Assembly: GCA_965216875.1 (NCBI GenBank)
Contig: OZ244207.1
Coordinates: forward strand, 6,048,001 to 6,112,000
Source of the DNA: Rubripirellula sp.
GTDB taxonomy: Bacteria; Planctomycetota; Planctomycetia; Pirellulales; Pirellulaceae
Direction: 5' to 3'
Length of the DNA: 64,000 nt
Made by a program: the position numbers and the translations under genes
Notes under the pieces: generated by a model
The model's input: only the letters and a program-made list of their open reading frames with translations
What the model was told of the DNA's origin: nothing
The model's database searches: none
In this document: positions 37,732 through 45,954 of the stretch, in pieces
Position numbering within the stretch: position 1 is the stretch's first letter
How the letters are laid out: each line of letters begins with the position of its first letter

Positions 37732-39323
37732 AACCTACAACGCGTTCCCAAGAGCCCGACCTCGCACGGTTTCGGAAGCTTCATTTTGAACGAATGGAAC
37801 CGAGACTCGCTCTCTCGGGGTTGCCCTTAGGCGAGGGTCTGCAGATGTTCGAGAACCCGGTACCCTCGTTGGCCGAAATCGAGCGATTGTTTGCGATTGG
37901 CGAGTCGCCAGAAGTGCTGCTCGAGGCGATCCGGCGGCGGGCCCAAGCAACGCCGCCGGACACGCAACCAACTCCAGTCACCCCCAAACCTGCTGTTTCA
38001 TTCGGTGACGAGATGATTGTTGCCATCACCACCTTGGCGATGAATCAATCAGGTCAGACCGTCACTGAATTCGCACCCGGTAAGCAATACACCTTACGCG
38101 TCTTTGTCCAAGACACACGCTCCCAATTCCCGAGTCCCGACATTGGAGGTGGCGTGTTTCGCGCCAGTGTCGACCTTCGCTTTGGCGAAGGCGTTGTACC
38201 GACCGGGACGATCGCGTTCTCTGATGCGTTTGGCAGTATGAGAACGTTTGGAACAGAACGGATCACAACGGCTGGAAGCATTCTTGAAAACGTGGGGGCC
38301 GTGAAGGCATCGGTGTTTCCGCCACCGCCCGGACAGAATACCGAACCGGAGTGGCTCTTCGACGCTCCATTCTTGGTTGAGTCGGAGGCGACCGCCGCGT
38401 CCATCGTGACCGTCCCCGCACAGAACGAAATCGAGTCGATTCTTTTGTTCGGCGAAAACGATGCGATCAACCCTGCGAACGTTTCGACGGCTCAGCTTCA
38501 AGTCCCGATCACTGGGTCGATCGATTCGCCCTCACCCGCAACACCGCCGCCGACGCGGTCACCAGAAACGGTAACCTCTCCAGTGGCCAACGAAGCAACT
38601 GGTGCGTCACCGCCTTCATCACCACAAGTCTTGATCAACGCGACCATCAGTCCCTTGGGGTTTCGTTTTGAGTCACTCAACCCCATCGATGATCTTTTTC
38701 GCGAAGACGCTCACCAGCGACGTCGATTGGATTGGCTCGAACACCGTCGCGCTGACGACGACGAGAACGATGGTGACGCCGGATTCATCGAGTTGGAGTT
38801 TCCGCAAGCGTTTGAGTCCGAGTTGTTGGTTCCAAATGCAAACAGTGACGCCGGCTCTGACACAACGGACTCCGACAAGTCGCTACATGAATTTGAGCTG
38901 GGCGAACTGTGGGGAATCGCTGACCTTTTGCTTGAAGCGGAAGACCTTGAGCCATTGCTCGGACAGTATCGGATGCAGTTTCGGATCTATTCACCGCAAC
39001 GAAAGCCATCCAAAACCACACCCTGTACTCCCGAGTCACATAGTTCCAACCAAGGCATGATCGACGTCGCTGAATTCCTTCGCCCGAGAGAGGGTCGACC
39101 TATCGACAACGTCGCCTCAAGCGACATGACCACCGACTCGGACGGTGTTGGCGAAGACACGTGGCGCGGATCGCGTGCCACCGCGATGGCTTTCGACCTC
39201 GATGCACTCTTCTCGGTCGATGCCAAAAAACTGCGACTGGATCGCCAGCCGACCGCGCCGGACCCTCCACCACGGCCAGCGCCTGATGACTTGAGCACCA
39301 TCAAAGACCCATCCGAAAACTGA
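37728..39323 (+). CDS. exported protein with planctomycete extracellular signal and a cohesin-like beta-sandwich
   Basis: FRKLHFERMEPRLALS; YTLRVFVQDTR..GGVFRASVDLRF; Pro/Ser/Asp-rich linkers; ATGA overlap with the kinase. Confidence 0.7.
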   Translation: MKPTTRSQEPDLARFRKLHFERMEPRLALSGLPLGEGLQMFENPVPSLAEIERLFAIGESPEVLLEAIRRRAQATPPDTQPTPVTPKPAVSFGDEMIVAITTLAMNQSGQTVTEFAPGKQYTLRVFVQDTRSQFPSPDIGGGVFRASVDLRFGEGVVPTGTIAFSDAFGSMRTFGTERITTAGSILENVGAVKASVFPPPPGQNTEPEWLFDAPFLVESEATAASIVTVPAQNEIESILLFGENDAINPANVSTAQLQVPITGSIDSPSPATPPPTRSPETVTSPVANEATGASPPSSPQVLINATISPLGFRFESLNPIDDLFREDAHQRRRLDWLEHRRADDDENDGDAGFIELEFPQAFESELLVPNANSDAGSDTTDSDKSLHEFELGELWGIADLLLEAEDLEPLLGQYRMQFRIYSPQRKPSKTTPCTPESHSSNQGMIDVAEFLRPREGRPIDNVASSDMTTDSDGVGEDTWRGSRATAMAFDLDALFSVDAKKLRLDRQPTAPDPPPRPAPDDLSTIKDPSEN

Positions 39324-39324
39324 C

Positions 39325-41976
39325 TCATGTCATGCTCAATGTGTCAAAGATGTACGAGAGCGAATCTTCACTCTTGCTTCCAATGCGAAAGTAAATCGGC
39401 TCGCCAATCGTGACGTCGATGATTCCGCCCGGGATTCCTGACGATGCTTTGGTGGGATAGGCGTCAAGCAGCGTTCCTTCTGCGTCCCAAATGGTGATTG
39501 AAAAGTCAGCGTGACTACCATCCCTTGCCGTGAGCCCAAACCCAAGACGGTCGGTCGTCGGTTCGATGACGTAAAGGTCCAGCGTCGTGACAGATTGCAA
39601 ACTGCTCTGCGTCGAAACTCCATCGGTCCCCGGAGTGATCAGGACGGCCGATGAGTATTCTTGCGGAGTAGGCGGTGTCACGTTAACGAAGTCGGCTGGC
39701 GTGCCGTCATCGAGAGGCAGGTTCGGACGGGCGACAAACGAGGGTATCTCTTCGTCGGTCGATAGAAACGGCAATGCGTCTGGCGAGAAGACAGCGTGCG
39801 TGTGCTCACTTTGGTCGACTTCGTCATTTGAAACGACTCCGATTCGATTAATGACGCGGAGTGCATCCGACGCCGAGAGTCGGCTATCACCGTTGGTATC
39901 GAGTTCACGGTCGTAGGACGATTCGCTCGTTTCTTCCGAGTCTTGCCCGAGCCGGTTGATCACTCGCAGTGCATCGGAAGCCGTCACGTTGCCGTCTCGG
40001 TTCGTATCATCTTGGGCAAGGAAAAAGTATTGTTGCTCTGCCGCTCCGAGCACGAGCTGCTGCGTAGTACCGGCCTGGGTAAACGTTGCCGATGCGAGTT
40101 TGATGTTTGCTGACCCGTCTGCAATGCGCCGGAAATTCAACATGACCAGATCGTGTCCTGTGGAGAACCCGTTGAAAGCACTCAGGGTGACACGACCAGG
40201 ACTCTCGTCAGTTCGCTGAAGAAAAGGAAAGCCACGACCGTATTCGGTTCCTACCAATTCGACGCTTGACGGATCATACGAGAACGTGAGTTCAAACTGA
40301 GAAACACGGCCAAGGCCACTCGAAGAGACCGCTACGTCAATCGCCTCGTTCAAATCGGAAGCGGCCACATTGAAAGTGACGTCGGCGACCTCCGTTACGT
40401 CGACCGTGATCGTGCTCTCCAATGGCTCGCCATCCTGACTTTCGCCGACAACCGTCACGGTGTCCGTTCCTACGAAGTCCTCCAAAGAGTGATACTTGAG
40501 TGCGAGGAGCTTTCCTTGTCCGTCCCGCCGCACCGTCACATTGGCTCCCGATTCACTGGTCACACTTTGCAGGGTTGCCAGTTGCCACGCGGCGCGCTGG
40601 GGTGAGGTCAGGTTTCCCGTTGTGGTGAAGACAGAGTGGATGGAAAGGTCCACACTCAATCCGCCGCCCACGATTCGACCGGCGTCCAATGGAACCAACT
40701 CATCCGCGACCACTGTCAACTGGCTGAGCGGTTGCTGCACCGCAACGTCGACTCGAAATCGACCGGCTGCTTCATTCCACAAGACGCTCGAAACGCCAAG
40801 ACCTCGCGATTGGACGGTAATCTTTTCATCGACCATCACGAGATCAACGTTGACGCCTTCAAGTACTTCGTCGGTCAGCAAGATTCCTTCCTCAATCTTT
40901 GCGATCACAGATTCCAGATTCGCCTTGCCTTGTTCCGGCGTACCGATCGATTCGATAGGATCGGCCGATGGGTCTCGACCCAAGATCGTGATATCACCCC
41001 TTTGCCCGTGAACGACTTCGCCGGCCTGGCCAAGAAGGAAATTTCCTGCGATGACGTTGTCGGACCCCAGGTCAAAGGTGGGTGGATTCTCGGCAAACGC
41101 GACACCAACAAAGCCGCCGTTGATCACCCCAAATTCCCCGCGCCCATTCTCCGTGATTGTCGACCCAGCGATCGTCGTGTCCTGTGACGAAAAAACGCCA
41201 AGTCCATTTCGGAACAAGATCGAATCTTCCACATCGAGGCGGCTCGACTCATCCCTTTGTGCGATCGCGCGAGATGACACGAGCCCCACGACAGACGCCC
41301 CAGCAACCGTCGTATCAACCAGACGCGTGGTGGCTTCGCCGGTTTTGACCGCACTTCCACTGCTGTCGATTAACGCGGACCGGCGCACGGTGAGTGTGCC
41401 TGCGTTTTCGATTAATATCGTCGCCAGCGACATGTCAATCCGCTCGGGGTCGACCAAGCCTATGATCGCAACCTGATCCAACTCGGCGACGCCACCAACA
41501 TCGACGATCAACGCGCGAGGCGGAACAAGGGCACCGGGATTCGGCTCCATCGATCCATAGACCGTGATTCGGCTCAAACTCAGTGACGCTTCCGGCCGCA
41601 CCGCAAAGACTGCGGAATCAAGTTGCGGCAAGATCGAGACCTTGCTTGGCGACGTCCCGATGAGATGAATGTCTGACGTGATCTCGAGAACGGCTTGGTC
41701 GGCAGGCGATGCCGCCAACGACGACAAGTCGTAGTTGGCCGGAGCAAGCTCGATCGTGTCCGGCTCGGGCGTCGAGTTCGCTGTGGCAACCGCCTCGGCC
41801 AGCAACGCCGCCGGATCCTCACCCGGTTGCGGCGAAACGGACAGCACTGCCAACAACACCCGCTCATCAAGCCGCTCGAAGCCAACCGGTCGTCGAGTCG
41901 CGGGTGGCAGAACGGCCCGGGCCGCCCCACCACGAATTCGAAGATACTCTTGAAGTCTTTTTCTATTCTCGCGCAT
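39325..41976 (-). CDS. exported beta-helix/Ig-like protein with cohesin-like and dockerin domains
   Basis: RRPVGFERLDERVLLA; ANSTPEPDTIEL; FVGTDT; FELTFSYDP; duplicated DTNRDGNVTASDALRVIN / DTNGDSRLSASDALRVIN. Confidence 0.8.
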   Translation of the reverse strand: MRENRKRLQEYLRIRGGAARAVLPPATRRPVGFERLDERVLLAVLSVSPQPGEDPAALLAEAVATANSTPEPDTIELAPANYDLSSLAASPADQAVLEITSDIHLIGTSPSKVSILPQLDSAVFAVRPEASLSLSRITVYGSMEPNPGALVPPRALIVDVGGVAELDQVAIIGLVDPERIDMSLATILIENAGTLTVRRSALIDSSGSAVKTGEATTRLVDTTVAGASVVGLVSSRAIAQRDESSRLDVEDSILFRNGLGVFSSQDTTIAGSTITENGRGEFGVINGGFVGVAFAENPPTFDLGSDNVIAGNFLLGQAGEVVHGQRGDITILGRDPSADPIESIGTPEQGKANLESVIAKIEEGILLTDEVLEGVNVDLVMVDEKITVQSRGLGVSSVLWNEAAGRFRVDVAVQQPLSQLTVVADELVPLDAGRIVGGGLSVDLSIHSVFTTTGNLTSPQRAAWQLATLQSVTSESGANVTVRRDGQGKLLALKYHSLEDFVGTDTVTVVGESQDGEPLESTITVDVTEVADVTFNVAASDLNEAIDVAVSSSGLGRVSQFELTFSYDPSSVELVGTEYGRGFPFLQRTDESPGRVTLSAFNGFSTGHDLVMLNFRRIADGSANIKLASATFTQAGTTQQLVLGAAEQQYFFLAQDDTNRDGNVTASDALRVINRLGQDSEETSESSYDRELDTNGDSRLSASDALRVINRIGVVSNDEVDQSEHTHAVFSPDALPFLSTDEEIPSFVARPNLPLDDGTPADFVNVTPPTPQEYSSAVLITPGTDGVSTQSSLQSVTTLDLYVIEPTTDRLGFGLTARDGSHADFSITIWDAEGTLLDAYPTKASSGIPGGIIDVTIGEPIYFRIGSKSEDSLSYIFDTLSMT

Positions 41977-42042
41977 CGAGTGGATTCTCCTTGGTGCCTC
42001 TTACCGTCGGAGACCTTCAAGGTTCAGGCCCTCCGTAATAGA

Positions 42043-42072
42043 AAAGAGGGAAGAAACGAACCGATGTCACGC
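42043..42072 (-). promoter_or_regulatory. putative ECF-dependent promoter (GCGTGACA-N17-TCTTT)
   Basis: matches 34478-34507; 66 nt upstream of the dockerin gene. Confidence 0.55.
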
Positions 42073-42231
42073 GAAAAATCACACTTGCTGTCAAACCTCA
42101 TCCAGCGGCAGGTTCGCGGCCAATCGTGTCAAGCAGATTTCGTTCATTTTGCGACGCTGATCATCAAACAAGAACAGCTCGCCAGTGATCTACTGACGAG
42201 CTGCTTCGATATACCCAACAAGTGACGAACG

Positions 42232-42762
42232 CTATTTCTTTTCGACGCCGAGCTCCTCGAGCTTTGCGGCAATGTCTTCGCCGTGATTCCCGGCTTTGAC
42301 TTTCTTGTCGACGTACAGAATCTTGTTGTCCTTGCCGATGTAGTAAGTCCAACGGCTCGCAAACCCGCGAGGACTCAAGCAACCAAATGCCTTTGCGACT
42401 TCCTTGGTGGGATCGCTCAAAATCGGATAGTCGAGGTCAAGGCTTTTGGCAAACTCGGTGTTGCGCTCGACCGGATCAGTACTGGCGGTGAAGTAAGCAA
42501 CGTTGAACTTTTTCAGGATCTTGCCACTCTCACGGAGCGACTTGCATTCCTTCGTTCAGCCTCCGGTGAACGCTTTCGGGTACCAGGCGATCACCACCAC
42601 CTGTTTGTCTGTAAAGTCCTCATTGCTGTACGTTTTGCCGTCGCTGCCGACAAGCGAAAACTTCGGTGCCTCGTCGCCCACGCTTACCTCCGCGTTGACT
42701 GTTGGTGCAGCCAGCAACAACGTGCAAGCCACGACCAAGCTAGTGGAAAACCATCTTTTCAT
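42232..42762 (-). CDS. exported Bcp/AhpC-TSA peroxiredoxin, probable selenoprotein (in-frame TGA at codon 69)
   Basis: signal peptide-VGDEAPKFSL...WYPKAFTGG-TGA-TKECKSLRE...FTASTD...DYPILSDP...RWTYYIG; the frame is continuous across TGA at 42556-42558. Confidence 0.82.
42516..42550 (-). promoter_or_regulatory. putative bacterial SECIS element
   Basis: GUCGCUC-CGUGA-GAGUGGC hairpin (42523-42541); loop starts 22 nt after UGA and contains GU; possible GGA/UCC lower stem. Confidence 0.55.
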
Positions 42763-42903
42763 CACGATCCCTTTATTGAAACAGAAAACAGAACCAACAC
42801 CTATCGGCTGGTTCATCCGCTCACTTCGAGCAAGCCTAATCAGCGGCCAACTCGAAAATCAATCACCAATGTGGTGTTGTGAGGAAGCAAGTCCGATGCC
42901 GAG

Positions 42904-43668
42904 TCAGTCTGCACGATTGGTATGAAGTTTTTCGAGCAACTTGGCCGCTCCCGTTCCGAGCATCAGCGTGTCGACTCCCGCAACCACCAAGTTGTAACCC
43001 CGCTCGATGTAGGGCTGGACCGCTGAGGCCGAGACCCCGAAAAACCCCAGTGGCATGCCGGCGGCTTGGCAAACCGCTGTGACACGTTCGATGGCGTCGG
43101 TCACTTCGGGATCATCGATTTGCCCCATCTTGCCGAGGCTTGCCGACAGGTCATACGGCCCTACAAAAACGGCGTCGATTCCGGGGACCTTTACGATCGA
43201 CTCAATGTTGTTGACCGCATCAATGTGCTCAGCTTGGACCACCACGACGGTTTCGTCATTGGCCGCTTGCATGTACTCGTTGAACCGCAGCCCATAACCG
43301 TGCGCGCGAGCCAAACCGACGCCACGATTGCCCAACGGCGCGTACTTCGCGAACCTAACCACCTGCTCTGCGTGTCTCGTTGTGTTGACCATGGGCGCGA
43401 TCACGCCCGCAGCCCCCAGGTCCATCACCCGTTTGATGTGCGTCTCGGTGGTTTCAGGCACGCGTACAAGGCAAGGGGTCGTTCGCCCAACCGCCTGGAG
43501 GATGCCTTGGACGTCGGAGGTTTCGAGCGCACCATGCTCGGCATCAACAAACAGCCAATCGAAACCACTTTCGGAAAGGATCTCAGCAACCGCGGGCGTC
43601 GCCAGCGTTACCATGGATCCACAAAGTAACTCACCCGCCTTGAGGCGTGATTTGAATTCGCTCGACAT
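42904..43668 (-). CDS. HpcH/HpaI (GarL/RhmA-like) class II aldolase
   Basis: GFDWLFVDAEHG, LVRVP, MDLGAAGVIAPMV, FVGPYDLSASLG. Confidence 0.92.
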   Translation of the reverse strand: MSSEFKSRLKAGELLCGSMVTLATPAVAEILSESGFDWLFVDAEHGALETSDVQGILQAVGRTTPCLVRVPETTETHIKRVMDLGAAGVIAPMVNTTRHAEQVVRFAKYAPLGNRGVGLARAHGYGLRFNEYMQAANDETVVVVQAEHIDAVNNIESIVKVPGIDAVFVGPYDLSASLGKMGQIDDPEVTDAIERVTAVCQAAGMPLGFFGVSASAVQPYIERGYNLVVAGVDTLMLGTGAAKLLEKLHTNRAD

Positions 43669-43706
43669 GATGGCTGTGGTGTTGTGAGTTGTCGTGCAGC
43701 AAGTTC

Positions 43707-43793
43707 GTAGTACCGCCTTTAGGCGGACAACCTAGGACAGTGCGGCTCATGCCGGTACCACGAACATGGTAGTCCGCCTAATGGCGGTACTAC
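43707..43793. repeat. inverted pair of GTAG REP family D (GTAGTACCGCCWTTAGGCGGA)
   Basis: 43707-43727 and the reverse complement of 43773-43793 match at 20/21; related copy at 51924-51946. Confidence 0.85.
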
Positions 43794-43825
43794 AAACATG
43801 TTCCTACAAACATCATTCCGTCAAC

Positions 43826-44323
43826 GTGAACGAAGAACAATCTCTTATCGAAGCGATTCAAGCCGATCCCGATTCCGATGCCGCGCGATTGATCTACGCC
43901 GATTGGCTTGAAGAACAAGGCGACGCGCGCGGCGGGTTCTTGCGCGCCGAACTCTCCTTTGCGGCCGCCAAAACGCTCTATGACGCGACCGACGGAATCG
44001 CCTACTTCAACACCACGCACTATCTCGATCTTGATCAACCATGGCTTGACTCGGTCGCAATGAAATTCGACCTGTCCATTTCAGGGTCCCGAGAAGACAA
44101 GAGTTTCGCTTTACACATCCTGCCTCACCAATACCCCGTCTTACAAGAGAAACTTCAGTCAAGTTGGTCGCGCCGGTCACTCACCTACCCTGAACCAATG
44201 GTACTGACGATGGGCCAAGACCTCATCTCAGTTTTTCAGCATTACTCCAATCTTATGAATGCGTTCCGTGATCGATATGTCAGGCGAAGAGACATCACCA
44301 TTTCAATCGTAAGATCAAAGTGA
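43826..44323 (+). CDS. TIGR02996 domain-containing protein
   Basis: EQSLIEAIQADPDSDAARLIYADWLEEQGD.RG.FLR; GTG at 43826. Confidence 0.88.
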   Translation: MNEEQSLIEAIQADPDSDAARLIYADWLEEQGDARGGFLRAELSFAAAKTLYDATDGIAYFNTTHYLDLDQPWLDSVAMKFDLSISGSREDKSFALHILPHQYPVLQEKLQSSWSRRSLTYPEPMVLTMGQDLISVFQHYSNLMNAFRDRYVRRRDITISIVRSK

Positions 44324-44326
44324 TCA

Positions 44327-44366
44327 TGCCGGATCAGCGTCGCTATCGCTCCTTGATCCGGCCTAC
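44327..44366 (-). repeat. REP family A (reverse orientation)
   Basis: TGCCGGATCAGCGTCGCTATCGCTCCTTGATCCGGCCTAC. Confidence 0.9.
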
Positions 44367-44403
44367 GCAATGACGATAAGCGACACGCGCCGGGCCCCAC
44401 ACG

Positions 44404-45954
44404 CTATTTCGGAATACGATTGAGGGTGTAGTAAGCGTCCGGATGCAGTAGCTTCTCTCCCGTTTCGCTTCGCACACCGTCGGCCAAAAGCTCGTGAACA
44501 AAGTGCCGTCGCCTACCGTCGACGACCAACTTTACCGATCGGCGATCATCGCTCACACTCGCACTGCGCACTTCCAACGACTTGGTTTGAATTTCGTCGC
44601 TGCCGTAAGTCGAGTGATACTGGTACGTGTAGCGACTCATCTTGTATGAGTTCAGATTTGCCGCCGACTCGGCTTCGACCGGCTTGGTGAATCGCAATTC
44701 GAATCCGTCCGAAAGCGCTCGCATCTGCTCAATTTCAAACGGCACTTTCCCGGTCCAAACCAAACGTTGTAGACCATAACTTGCGGTGCCCAAACTGCTC
44801 CAACCGCGGTTGGTCAAACCTGCGAACACACTGCCATCGCCTCCCTGTTGCAATCGCAAGACCGCCGATGCCATCCCGGAGCGAAACGGAAAACAAGCCC
44901 CTTGATATTGACCGTCGACCTTTTCCAAAAAGACACGATTGATTCCCGCTTGCGTGAACTCGCCGACGAATAGTTGCCCGGCAAAGGGACCAAACTTGCC
45001 TTGGCTTTGATCCAACATGATGTCGGTCGCCGATTGCCCCATCTTTTTGTAGGGAAACCAAACGGCCGGTGGACTCAAGTGCGGAAATTGCTTCAACGCT
45101 TCGGGCAGCGGCAAGCCGTTGGGGATGCTTGCCACTTCTTTGATCGGCGACTCTGGTAAACCGGCGGACGCGAGCGATTCGGGATGATGAAAAAACGCAC
45201 CCCGGCGCATATGGTGCAGCGAATTGGTTGCGACCCAATTGCCTTGTTGATCGGTATAGAACATGTCGCCGTCGGCGTTGGCACCAAGCCCTGACGGGGA
45301 ACGCATCCCAGCGCACATTGCGTGTAGCTTCCCTTGCTTGTCGACCATCATGCCCCACCCCCGCCAGCGTCCTTGCCGATAGCCGCCCTGCGCATTCGGG
45401 ACGACATGCTTGAGATGCTCTTTGCGAAGCCCCAATCCAAGATTCAAGGTGACCCAAAGATTCCCTTCACCATCGACTTTTGGACCAAATGCGTATTCGT
45501 GATAGTTGCCGGTTACGCCCCAACCCTTAGCGACCGTCAAGTATTCGTCGGCAACGTCGTCGCCGTCGACATCGCGCAGTTTTGTGAGTTCGGTGCGCTG
45601 GGTCGTCAACAGTGAATCACCAATCGAAATGAGCCCCAGGGGTTCGTGCAACGCCGAGGCAAAACGTTTGTATTGGATGTTCGTTGGTGGTTCGTCATAA
45701 ACGCCATCGAGCAACCAAACTTCGCCCTTTCGAATCGCCACGGCCAAGCGACCATCGCCAAGGAAGGCCATCCCGCTGACTTCGAGTGGCAATCCATCGG
45801 GCGATGGTTTCCAAGTTGCTGCCCGCGAATCGGTTTGGGCCTTGGGCGCAGCGATCGTTACCACGCGATAGTATTCCTCTTCGCCAGCGCGCGCGACTGT
45901 AAAACCGCTTGCCAACAACACACATCCCGCGATTGCGGCTAGTCGGTTCACCAT
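44404..45954 (-). CDS. exported glucose/sorbosone-dehydrogenase-like beta-propeller protein
   Basis: signal peptide; LHEPLGL, YHEYAFG, GMRSPSG, DQQGNWV, GPFAGQLFVG. Confidence 0.8.
   Translation of the reverse strand: MVNRLAAIAGCVLLASGFTVARAGEEEYYRVVTIAAPKAQTDSRAATWKPSPDGLPLEVSGMAFLGDGRLAVAIRKGEVWLLDGVYDEPPTNIQYKRFASALHEPLGLISIGDSLLTTQRTELTKLRDVDGDDVADEYLTVAKGWGVTGNYHEYAFGPKVDGEGNLWVTLNLGLGLRKEHLKHVVPNAQGGYRQGRWRGWGMMVDKQGKLHAMCAGMRSPSGLGANADGDMFYTDQQGNWVATNSLHHMRRGAFFHHPESLASAGLPESPIKEVASIPNGLPLPEALKQFPHLSPPAVWFPYKKMGQSATDIMLDQSQGKFGPFAGQLFVGEFTQAGINRVFLEKVDGQYQGACFPFRSGMASAVLRLQQGGDGSVFAGLTNRGWSSLGTASYGLQRLVWTGKVPFEIEQMRALSDGFELRFTKPVEAESAANLNSYKMSRYTYQYHSTYGSDEIQTKSLEVRSASVSDDRRSVKLVVDGRRRHFVHELLADGVRSETGEKLLHPDAYYTLNRIPK

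Noticed and set aside
42283..42882. 199-aa + strand ORF spanning the peroxiredoxin
   Set aside because: Antisense shadow with no motifs; the minus-strand frame has clear Prx motifs on both sides of the TGA.
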